Source: a virus
Virus record (IMG/VR): IMGVR_UViG_3300045988_172722
Location: 1 to 51,360 of that record
Strand: one strand, 5' to 3'
DNA length: 51,360 nucleotides
The notes beneath the pieces are model-generated. The model was given only the letters and a program-made list of their open reading frames with translations. It did not search any database and was not told the origin of the DNA. Shown here piece after piece: positions 26,887 to 34,454 of this stretch (its first letter is position 1; each line of letters starts with the position of its first letter). The position numbers and the translations under genes are program-made.

Positions 26887-27281
26887 TAGCCGGAAAATTC
26901 TATCTTGAAAACTATGCTAATTGGCACGTATCATATTTTATAATGACAGATGCCAATGATGCAGAAGAAATAATGGACGAATTATATAGCTTAAAATGTA
27001 GTAAACGATTTTTGAATAAAGCTAAAGAAATTTTATACTCAAATAGGCGTAATATAGGAATAGCTTACAGCAATCCTAAATATAAGTGTAGTGCTATAGT
27101 AGTATCAAAAACTACTGATATTTGGGAATTTTTCAATAGCTTTGCTCATGAAGTAGACCACATTGAAAAGCATATTGCTAAAACATTGAATTTCAGTCCT
27201 TATAGCGAAAGTGCCAGTTATCTAGTTGGTGAAATTATAAGAAACATGTTTTATAATATAACAAGGAAAATGCTATGCTAG
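26883..27281 (+). CDS. Small protein with an HExxH motif (possible minimal zincin)
   Basis: The ATG overlaps the previous stop (ATGA). It contains FAHEVDHIEKH. The ORF-track start at 26868 is less likely. Confidence 0.5.
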   Translation: MIAGKFYLENYANWHVSYFIMTDANDAEEIMDELYSLKCSKRFLNKAKEILYSNRRNIGIAYSNPKYKCSAIVVSKTTDIWEFFNSFAHEVDHIEKHIAKTLNFSPYSESASYLVGEIIRNMFYNITRKMLC

Positions 27282-27760
27282 AACTGATTGAAGCGAAAGA
27301 CCTAGAAGCCCTTATGTTTTTTATAACTGTTAGAGTAGTAATAATAGTTATATGCTGGATTTTCTCTACTGTAGCATGTATCGTTGATTTTTGGAGTGGC
27401 ACGTTGACAGCAAAGATTTTAGGCGAAAAGCTTATGTCTCATGGCTTTAGACATACTGTTGTAAAAATAGGCGATTATGCTAGAGTTCTCATGTTTGCGT
27501 TTATGGTAGATGCTTTAGGAAGCTTGCTATCATTTTATATACTGCCATTTGCAACTATGTTTTGTGCTTTAGCAATACTTTGTATAGAAGGCAAATCTGT
27601 ATTAGAAAATAGCAAAAGAAGAAAAGCACATGCCGGAGATGTTCCGGATATGATTAAACAAATTATTCAAGCAGTTACTACAGAACAAGGTCATGAAGTC
27701 TTTAATAGTATTGTTGAACAAATAACAGTAAATAAAAAAAATGATACTCACAAAAATTAA
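27275..27760 (+). CDS. Putative holin
   Basis: The 161-aa product has about three hydrophobic helices (FFITVRVVIIVICWIFSTVACIV, VLMFAFMVDALGSLLSFYILPF, MFCALAILCIEG) and a charged C-terminus. It lies upstream of the endolysin. Confidence 0.65.
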   Translation: MLELIEAKDLEALMFFITVRVVIIVICWIFSTVACIVDFWSGTLTAKILGEKLMSHGFRHTVVKIGDYARVLMFAFMVDALGSLLSFYILPFATMFCALAILCIEGKSVLENSKRRKAHAGDVPDMIKQIIQAVTTEQGHEVFNSIVEQITVNKKNDTHKN

Positions 27761-28256
27761 AGTAAATGTAGTTCGTAATGAAAACGAATACATAAAATTA
27801 GTAAATGAAGACTACAGGAAAAAATATTCTTATGAAGAAAGTAAGCCTTCTCTTCCCTGGCTTGTAATTTTATTCGATAAAGTTCCTGGAGACGACTTAA
27901 CAAGTGAATGTATAATGGAAATGAAGCCAACTGCTGATTTTTCAGGAATTTCTACAGCTCCCAATGGAGAATGGCAAAAAGGTTCATCTAATAGTCAGCT
28001 TAAATTGAATCTTGATAAAATTCAAAATTCTTTAATGCTAGAGCTTAAAAAAGATTGTGGTTTTGATAATTTGGCAAATAACTTAGAGGTTGTAATAAAA
28101 GATAATAATGGCAGAGAATTTAAAGATGCACTTAACATAATAGATTTCAGCCAAAAAGAGACAATTCTGAGAAATATAGAAGAAAAATGTTTCCAGCAAG
28201 GTGAAAACTATACTGCAGAACTTATATATGAACTTATTCAACAAAGAAAAATATGA
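27741..28256 (+). CDS. Hypothetical protein within the lysis cassette
   Basis: This is a 171-aa ORF between the holin and the endolysin, overlapping both neighbours. Confidence 0.55.
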   Translation: MILTKIKVNVVRNENEYIKLVNEDYRKKYSYEESKPSLPWLVILFDKVPGDDLTSECIMEMKPTADFSGISTAPNGEWQKGSSNSQLKLNLDKIQNSLMLELKKDCGFDNLANNLEVVIKDNNGREFKDALNIIDFSQKETILRNIEEKCFQQGENYTAELIYELIQQRKI

Positions 28257-28666
28257 GAAAAATCAATAAGCTTATAGTGCATTGCTCAGCAACGCCTGAA
28301 GGTAAAGACGTTAAAACTGAAACTATCAGGGATTGGCATGTTAATGATAATCACTGGAAGGATATTGGTTACCACTATGTAATTGAACTTGATGGCTCTG
28401 TTCATAAAGGCAGAAGTGAAAATGTAATAGGAGCGCATTGTTCAGGTCAAAATGCCAATTCAATTGGTGTTTGTTATGTTGGTGGTGTTGCTAAAGATGG
28501 TAAAACTCCTAAAGATACGCGTACTGATGCTCAAAAGCAATCTTTGTTCAAACTGCTCAAAGAGCTTAAGGCAAAATATCCAAATGCCACTATACACGGG
28601 CATAGAGAATTTGCAGCAAAGGCTTGTCCAAGTTTCGATGCTAAATATGAATATAGAGACATCTGA
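28253..28666 (+). CDS. Endolysin, N-acetylmuramoyl-L-alanine amidase (Amidase_2 / T7 lysozyme / PGRP fold)
   Basis: Motifs present are LIVHCSATPEG, GYHYVIELDGSVHKGR, IGVCYVGG and IHGHREFAAKACPSFD. The Zn ligands His/His/Cys are spaced as in T7 lysozyme. Confidence 0.9.
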   Translation: MRKINKLIVHCSATPEGKDVKTETIRDWHVNDNHWKDIGYHYVIELDGSVHKGRSENVIGAHCSGQNANSIGVCYVGGVAKDGKTPKDTRTDAQKQSLFKLLKELKAKYPNATIHGHREFAAKACPSFDAKYEYRDI

Positions 28667-28677
28667 ACAAATAAAAG

Positions 28678-28712
28678 CCATTCTCGCATATAAGAAATTA
28701 TTACGAGAATGG
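28678..28712. promoter_or_regulatory. Inverted repeat CCATTCTCG-N17-CGAGAATGG
   Basis: There are perfect 9-bp arms at 28678-28686 and 28704-28712, directly after the endolysin stop. They contain the ATTCTCG core motif. Confidence 0.6.
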
Positions 28713-28756
28713 TTTTTATATAATAGATTAAGTAACAATAATAAAACTCAAAGACT

Positions 28757-29149
28757 ATGCGAGAATATGCGAGAATAATTATAATAGCAATTGTAGCTTT
28801 ATGTCTTAGTGCATGCAAAAGTATAAAGTATGTACCAGTTGAAACTGTTAAAGTAGATACTACATATATTTCGCAAACCAAAATTGATAGCATATATCAT
28901 AGAGACTCTATATATGTAGAGCACAAAGGTGATACAGTATATTTGAGCAAATATAAGTATCTGTATAAATATATAGAAAAACATGACACTCTTTGGCGTG
29001 AAAAAATCGATACAATTCAAGTTACATATCCTGTAGAAGCTCAACTTACTAAATGGCAAAAGATAAAAATTAATATGGGCGAATACCTAATAGCTGCCAT
29101 AGTTTTAATAACTATATGGCTGTGCGTAAAATACTTCATAAAGCGGTAA
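28757..29149 (+). CDS. Unimolecular spanin candidate (N-terminal lipoprotein signal plus C-terminal TM helix)
   Basis: The lipobox is in IIIAIVALCLSAC|K (L-S-A-C). The C-terminal hydrophobic helix is YLIAAIVLITIWLCVKYF. It is the last gene of the lysis cassette. Confidence 0.65.
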   Translation: MREYARIIIIAIVALCLSACKSIKYVPVETVKVDTTYISQTKIDSIYHRDSIYVEHKGDTVYLSKYKYLYKYIEKHDTLWREKIDTIQVTYPVEAQLTKWQKIKINMGEYLIAAIVLITIWLCVKYFIKR

Positions 29150-29154
29150 ACGAT

Positions 29155-29361
29155 GTAAACAATAGAAACAATTTATTGTTTATGCTCTAAAGTATTCAAA
29201 ATCAATCACTTAGATATGCTGTAAACAATGGAAACAATAGAAATATAAATCTTTTATATTATGCTAATCTAGATATTGATTAACTATAGAGTTAATCGGA
29301 ATTTAAAAAATTAGGTTAGAAATATACGAGGCTTTGTTTCTATTGTTTCCATTGTTTACAG
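29155..29361. promoter_or_regulatory. Iteron-like region B, paralogous to region A
   Basis: GTAAACAATAGAAACAAT runs into the palindrome AAACAAT-TT-ATTGTTT (29166-29181). GTAAACAATGGAAACAATAGAAAT lies at 29221-29244. After an AT-rich core comes GAGGCTTTGTTTCTATTGTTTCCATTGTTTAC (29328-29359), nearly identical to 247-278. Confidence 0.8.
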
Positions 29362-29458
29362 CCTTATTTATATAGAATTGCAGCGCCAAAAATGCAAAAT
29401 TGCTGTTTTAATATTTTTAACAAGAAAATTCTCAAAAAATATAGGAAAAATTTTTTTC

Positions 29459-29500
29459 TTTCGAGAATAGTTTGTATATTTGCATATCGAAAATAATGAA
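29459..29500 (+). promoter_or_regulatory. Early-type promoter cassette, copy 1 of 3 (-7 box TATATTTG at 29475-29482)
   Basis: CGAGAATAGTTTGTATATTTGCATATCGAAAATAATGAAG is nearly identical to the reverse complements of 48889-48934 and 50710-50756. It lies 70 nt upstream of ATG 29552. Confidence 0.7.
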
Positions 29501-29551
29501 GATATGGCGATAGCCAAATTATAAAATAAGATACTAAAATTCAACAGAAAT

Positions 29552-29965
29552 ATGGAACAGTTTAACATTAACAGCGTAATTGAGCATTATAAGCTGAACA
29601 CAGAAGATTTAGCAAAGGTGCTATTTCCTACTGTTAAATATCCAAAACAAGCCTTTGACCGAGTATTAAAAGGCGAAACGGATTTGGATATTAAACAGAT
29701 AGAAACATTAGCCTCTCATATAGGCGTGTTAGTAACTGACCTGTTTTTAGCAGGTATTTGGAAAGCTTCATCAGAAGACGGTTGCCTTACAATGCTGAAA
29801 GGCGATTATAAAGTCAAGCTGAATTATAAAGGCGTGTTCGTGTCTATATATAAAAATAACAAATTGATTGAGCAGAAAATTTCCAACGTACCAGATATGA
29901 CAATGCAAGAGTTTATGAACTATATTGATAACTTTATTAAAAATTACGAAAATGGAAGCAATTAA
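29552..29965 (+). CDS. Putative HTH DNA-binding regulator (first gene of the early plus-strand unit)
   Basis: The N-terminal LNTEDLAKVLFPTVKYPKQAFDRVLKGETDLDIKQIETLASHIGVLVTDLF has an XRE/Cro-like helix-turn-helix layout. Confidence 0.5.
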   Translation: MEQFNINSVIEHYKLNTEDLAKVLFPTVKYPKQAFDRVLKGETDLDIKQIETLASHIGVLVTDLFLAGIWKASSEDGCLTMLKGDYKVKLNYKGVFVSIYKNNKLIEQKISNVPDMTMQEFMNYIDNFIKNYENGSN

Positions 29966-30374
29966 AATTTCCGTAGAGGTTAGCGTAAACCTGTCAGAAA
30001 ATACGCAGAACTTCATCAAGTCATTGTTTGGTAATGTGGCTACTTCTGTTGCTGCTCCAGCTCAGAAACCCGCTCCTGTAGCACCTGCTAAACCGGCTCA
30101 GCCAGCGTCCGCTCCGGCCCCAAAGCCTCAAGCTCCAGCTGCAGCATCTGCTCAAACAAAACCTGCTGCTACTCCTGCTCCTGGAGCACCTGCTGCTCAG
30201 GCTGCTTCTTCTGCCTCTAAGAGCATAGAAGATGTGCGCGCAATGCTTGCAAAGAAGGTGAATGAGCACCGCGATGTAATCAAGCAGAAACTCAATGAAC
30301 TTGGCGCTCCGAGTGTAACAAAGCTTGACCCGACCAAGTATGACGAAATGTTTAACTTCTTAGAGTCACTGTAA
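29952..30374 (+). CDS. Hypothetical protein with a long Ala/Pro-rich linker
   Basis: The start is ATG 29952 (MEAIKISVEV). It contains APAQKPAPVAPAKPAQPASAPAPKPQAPAAASAQTKPAATPAPGAPAAQA followed by a small helical C-terminal domain. Confidence 0.6.
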   Translation: MEAIKISVEVSVNLSENTQNFIKSLFGNVATSVAAPAQKPAPVAPAKPAQPASAPAPKPQAPAAASAQTKPAATPAPGAPAAQAASSASKSIEDVRAMLAKKVNEHRDVIKQKLNELGAPSVTKLDPTKYDEMFNFLESL

Positions 30375-30533
30375 TAGCAAATCAAAAGAAGCTGCAACAA
30401 GCAGCAATCAAGTTCCGTAAACAAAATCCTACGTTGCATGCAACATACTCAGTTTTACTTTCAGCTATGGCTAGATTTATTACAAAGTCTGGAGCCCCTG
30501 AAGTAACAGTAGGATATAAAAATAGAGAGTATT

Positions 30534-31751
30534 ATGCGTATGCAAACAACTAGCACTAAGTTACAGAAACATAGCCAGAGGAGTCATGCACTCCTCTCGG
30601 CTTCTGGAGCTGGAAGATGGCTTAATTGTACTCCATCTGCAAAGCTCGAAGATGAATATGGAGAAAAGAAAAGCTCCGTATATGCGCAAGAAGGCACGTT
30701 GGCTCATGAACTTTCAGAGCTTTATATTAGGCGTGATACTTTATTTGATATTAGTGAGCAAGACTTTGACCAGTGCCTTGAAGAGATAATGGCAAATGAG
30801 CTGTTTAATGAGGAAATGCTTGATGTAGTTCCAACTTATACAGATTATTGTGCAGCCCAATTAGCAGAAGCTAAGACAGCTAATCCTTTGGCCGTAATGG
30901 AAATTGAGCAGAAACTCGATTTGACAGACTTTATACCAGAGAGCTTTGGAACGGCTGACTGTGTTATTATCAATGACAACCTCATGGAAGTTATTGATTT
31001 GAAATACGGAAAAGGAGTTCCAGTATATGCTGAATGGAATAAACAACTTATGCTTTATGGCCTTGGAGCATTACAGAAATATGATACTATGTATGATATA
31101 TCTGAGGTACGATTGACAATTGTACAGCCGCGTATCAACAATATATCTTCATGGCAAATATCTGTAGAAGAGCTTCGTAAATGGGCTGAAGAGGAACTTA
31201 AGCCAAAAGCACAACTTGCATTTAATGGTGAAGGTGAGCTTAATGCTGGAGATTGGTGCAGATTTTGTGCTGTTCGCAATCAATGTAGAAAGTTATATGA
31301 GCAACAGCTTGAAATAGCTCAGCATGAGTTTGCAGAACCAGCACTTCTTACAGATGATGAGATTGCTGATATTGTTCGCCGTACTCCTAAGCTTATAGAG
31401 TGGGCTAATTCTATTGCAGAATATGCACAGAAAAAAGCTATAGAAGAAAATAAGCAATGGCCAGGTCTTAAGCTTGTTGAAGGCATAAGTAGACGCAAAT
31501 GGATTGATGAAGACCAAGCCTCAAATGCAATCTTTGCTCGTTGCCCTGAGCTATCAGAAGATGAGATTTTCAGCATGAAGCTAAAGCCAATTACTTCTAT
31601 TGAGAAGATAGTAGGCAAAAAACGCTTTGAAGAAATTCTATCTGATGTGGTTGTAAAACCTCAAGGCAAACCTACTCTCGTATCGCTTGAAGACAAGAGA
31701 CCAGCAATGGGTTATAATCAAGCACAACTAGACTTCGCAGAAGAAGCGTAA
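30534..31751 (+). CDS. PD-(D/E)XK nuclease of the DUF2800 / Cas4-like family
   Basis: The N-terminus is HALLSASGAGRWLNCTPS. The nuclease core is TADCVIINDNLMEVIDLKYGKG. The C-terminal Cys cluster is WCRFCAVRNQC. Confidence 0.8.
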   Translation: MRMQTTSTKLQKHSQRSHALLSASGAGRWLNCTPSAKLEDEYGEKKSSVYAQEGTLAHELSELYIRRDTLFDISEQDFDQCLEEIMANELFNEEMLDVVPTYTDYCAAQLAEAKTANPLAVMEIEQKLDLTDFIPESFGTADCVIINDNLMEVIDLKYGKGVPVYAEWNKQLMLYGLGALQKYDTMYDISEVRLTIVQPRINNISSWQISVEELRKWAEEELKPKAQLAFNGEGELNAGDWCRFCAVRNQCRKLYEQQLEIAQHEFAEPALLTDDEIADIVRRTPKLIEWANSIAEYAQKKAIEENKQWPGLKLVEGISRRKWIDEDQASNAIFARCPELSEDEIFSMKLKPITSIEKIVGKKRFEEILSDVVVKPQGKPTLVSLEDKRPAMGYNQAQLDFAEEA

Positions 31752-31784
31752 CAACTCAAGTATAACAATTAAAATTAAGTAAAA

Positions 31785-32333
31785 ATGGAAAATTCAACAA
31801 AAGTTGTAACTGGCAAAGTAAGATTTTGCTACGTGAACGTGTTCGAGCCCACGGCTATGAACGAGGGTGATACCCCTAAGTACAATATCTGCATTCTTAT
31901 CCCGAAGGATGATGCAAAGACCCTCGACAAGATTAACAAAGCTATAGAGGCAGCTAAGCAGGCAGGTAAAGCCAAGCTTGCAGACAAGAATGGCAAAATA
32001 CCCTCAAACCTCAAATTGCCTCTGCGTGATGGCGATGATGAGCGTGGTGATGACCCCGCATTTGAAGGCATGTATTTTATCAACGCTAATAGCCAGCGCA
32101 AGCCAAGCATCGTGGACAAAGAGCTTAATCCTATTATGGAAAAAGAAGAGTTTTATAGTGGTTGCTATGGTCGTGCATCAATTAACTTCTATGCCTTTAA
32201 TGTATCATCAAAAGGTATTGCAGCTGGACTGAATAATCTTCAGAAACTCGAAGATGGCGAGATGTTGGCCGGTGGCTCTACCGCTGAAGAGGACTTTGGT
32301 GGTGAGAACGAATGGGATGATGAGCTGATGTAA
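31785..32333 (+). CDS. Phage ssDNA-binding protein (DUF2815 family)
   Basis: It starts VVTGKVRFCYVNVFEP and has an acidic C-terminal tail (EEDFGGENEWDDELM). It follows the DUF2800 nuclease, as in the conserved polA-type replication module. Confidence 0.7.
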   Translation: MENSTKVVTGKVRFCYVNVFEPTAMNEGDTPKYNICILIPKDDAKTLDKINKAIEAAKQAGKAKLADKNGKIPSNLKLPLRDGDDERGDDPAFEGMYFINANSQRKPSIVDKELNPIMEKEEFYSGCYGRASINFYAFNVSSKGIAAGLNNLQKLEDGEMLAGGSTAEEDFGGENEWDDELM

Positions 32334-32361
32334 TTTCCTTTCTGCATCAAAATTTCCCTAA

Positions 32362-32442
32362 AGTATAGTAGTTTAATGGTAAAACCATAGAGCGCCATTG
32401 ATTTGTGTGCCTATTATGCGGGTTCGAGTCCCGCCTATGCTC
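32362..32442 (+). tRNA. tRNA-like gene with a non-canonical, over-long anticodon arm (anticodon not assignable)
   Basis: The 7-bp acceptor stem AGTATAG/CTATGCT has one G-U pair. The D arm is GTTT-AATGGTA-AAAC. The T arm GCGGG-TTCGAGT-CCCGC is perfect. The anticodon region folds as ATAG-(A)-GCGC / GTGC-CTAT with an 11-nt loop CATTGATTTGT instead of a 5-bp stem and 7-nt loop. Total length is 81 nt without CCA. Confidence 0.55.
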
Positions 32443-32471
32443 CTAATTATATAATACTAAATTAAGAAATA

Positions 32472-34445
32472 ATGGTGAAAAATCTTTTTATAGACGTCGA
32501 AACATTCTCCTCAGTAGATATTAAAGAATCTGGCGCATACAAATATATAGAGTCGCCAGACTTTGAGATACTGATTATAGGATATGCATTAGATGATGAG
32601 CCAGTTAACATTGTTGATTTAGCTCAAGGCGAGGAAATGCCTGAGGAGTTTGAAGAAGCGTTACTTGACCCGAAGTGTATAAAAGTTGCTCATAACGCAG
32701 TATTTGAGCGGCTTAGTTTTAAGCGAATAGGTTATAATGTTCCAGCAGAGCAGTGGTATTGTACTTCAGTAAAAGCTGCGTATTGTGGCTTACCACTTTC
32801 ATTGGATGGAGTATCAAAAGCTCTTAATCTTACGGATAAGAAGCTTGATACTGGTAAAGCACTTATTAAGTACTTTTCATGCCCATGTAAAGCAACTCGA
32901 GTTAATGGAATGCGTACACGCAATTATCCAAAACATGCCCCTGAAAAGTGGGAAATGTATAAAGAGTATAATAAATATGATGTCTTGGCTGAGCGTGAGA
33001 TATTTCATAGATTAGAGTCTTATATCATTCCAAAGATTGAGCGAGAAATGTACGTGCTTGACCAGAATATCAATGATAGAGGTATTTTGGTAGATATGGA
33101 GTTAGCAGAGTCTGCTATCACAGTAGATAATACTTATACTTCTATATTAACTCAACATGCTCAGCAGTTAACAGGCCTTGAAAATCCAAATTCGCCTGTA
33201 CAAATTAGGCAATGGATAGAAAAGAAAACAGGTAATGCCATATTGTCACTTTCAAAAGAAACAATGCCTGATTTGCTTAAAGAGTTTGCGGACTATCCAG
33301 ACGTAATTGAGTTGCTCAATATACGCAAAAAACTATCAAAAACTTCAATTAAGAAGTATTATGCTATGCTCAATTGCGCTATGAAAGACCACAGAGTTAG
33401 AGGTACATTCCAATTCTATGGTGCAAATAGAACTGGTAGATGGGCAGGTAGATTATTACAGTTACAGAACTTATCAAAAAACCATATATCGCATATTGAA
33501 GTACCGCGTGAGTTAATCAGAGCCCGTGATTGGGAAACAGTTGAGATGATGTATGATGATGTCGCAGATATTCTTTCACAACTTGTAAGAACAGCGCTTA
33601 TACCTCCGCAGGGTATGAAATACGCCGTAGCAGACTTTTCGGCCATTGAGGCAAGAGTAATATCTTGGCTTGCAGATGAAAAATGGCGATTAGATGTATT
33701 CCACGGTGATGGCAAGATTTATGAAGCAACTGGCGAAAAGATGTTTGGAGTTCCAAAGTCTGAAATTAAAAAAGGCTCAGTACTTCGCGACAAATCGAAA
33801 ATATCTGAATTGGCGCTTGGCTATGAAGGAGGTCTTGGAGCCTTAAAGCGAATGGGAGGCGATAAAATGGGCCTTTCAGATACAGAAATGATGTCACTAG
33901 TGCGTAAATGGCGTATGGCTAATCCATCTATAGTAGATATGTGGAAAGAAATTGATGAAGCTTCTAAAGAAGCTGTACGTTACCATAGAGCTGTTAAATG
34001 CACAAGCAAAAATATCATATTTGATTGCGATGGTGAATTTATGACAATTGAATTGCCAGTAGGTAGAAAGCTATTTTACTACAAACCAGAATTCAAAGAT
34101 AAGTATATAGGACGTTCTACTATGCCTATTCGTAGTCTTTGCTACAAAGGGATTGACCAGACAACCAAACAATGGATAAGCATAGATACCTATGGTGGTA
34201 AGCTGACCGAGAATATAGTTCAAGCAGTATCAAGAGATTTATTAGGCGATGCTATGCTTAGAATGGAAAAAGCCGGATATGGAATCGTTGGTTCAATTCA
34301 TGACGAAGTTATAACGGAAGTTCCGGAAGAGAATGCTCAATTGTGGTATGATAATCTGGTAAAAATCATGTCAACACCTCCTTTGTGGGCGCAGGATTTA
34401 CCCCTTAACGCAGATGGAGGAGTTATGGATTTTTACCAAAAATGA
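32472..34445 (+). CDS. Family A DNA polymerase with a 3'-5' exonuclease domain
   Basis: Exonuclease motifs are FIDVETFS (Exo I) and HNAVFERL (Exo II). Polymerase motifs are A VADFSAIEARV, B RDKSKISELALGYEGG and C GSIHDEVI. Confidence 0.9.
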   Translation: MVKNLFIDVETFSSVDIKESGAYKYIESPDFEILIIGYALDDEPVNIVDLAQGEEMPEEFEEALLDPKCIKVAHNAVFERLSFKRIGYNVPAEQWYCTSVKAAYCGLPLSLDGVSKALNLTDKKLDTGKALIKYFSCPCKATRVNGMRTRNYPKHAPEKWEMYKEYNKYDVLAEREIFHRLESYIIPKIEREMYVLDQNINDRGILVDMELAESAITVDNTYTSILTQHAQQLTGLENPNSPVQIRQWIEKKTGNAILSLSKETMPDLLKEFADYPDVIELLNIRKKLSKTSIKKYYAMLNCAMKDHRVRGTFQFYGANRTGRWAGRLLQLQNLSKNHISHIEVPRELIRARDWETVEMMYDDVADILSQLVRTALIPPQGMKYAVADFSAIEARVISWLADEKWRLDVFHGDGKIYEATGEKMFGVPKSEIKKGSVLRDKSKISELALGYEGGLGALKRMGGDKMGLSDTEMMSLVRKWRMANPSIVDMWKEIDEASKEAVRYHRAVKCTSKNIIFDCDGEFMTIELPVGRKLFYYKPEFKDKYIGRSTMPIRSLCYKGIDQTTKQWISIDTYGGKLTENIVQAVSRDLLGDAMLRMEKAGYGIVGSIHDEVITEVPEENAQLWYDNLVKIMSTPPLWAQDLPLNADGGVMDFYQK

Positions 34446-34454
34446 TTATTATTT

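Noticed and set aside
28452-28893. ORFs 28452-28778 (plus strand), 28460-28738 and 28531-28893 (minus strand) around the endolysin 3' end
   Set aside because: They overlap the confidently identified amidase and spanin genes and have AT-rich junk composition.
30431-30442. Perfect 12-bp palindrome GTTGCATGCAAC in the gap before the DUF2800 nuclease gene, considered as a terminator or operator
   Set aside because: It is short, has no loop and no clear U-tract, and is a single occurrence. The evidence is insufficient to call a feature.
32362-32442. tRNA-like elements (here and at 50166-50220) as attP sites of a temperate phage
   Set aside because: I could not recognise an integrase, recombinase, excisionase or CI-type repressor anywhere in the window. 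An integration function is therefore unsupported, and the phage looks virulent. This stays open only as a historical-scar explanation for the 50166-50220 fragment.
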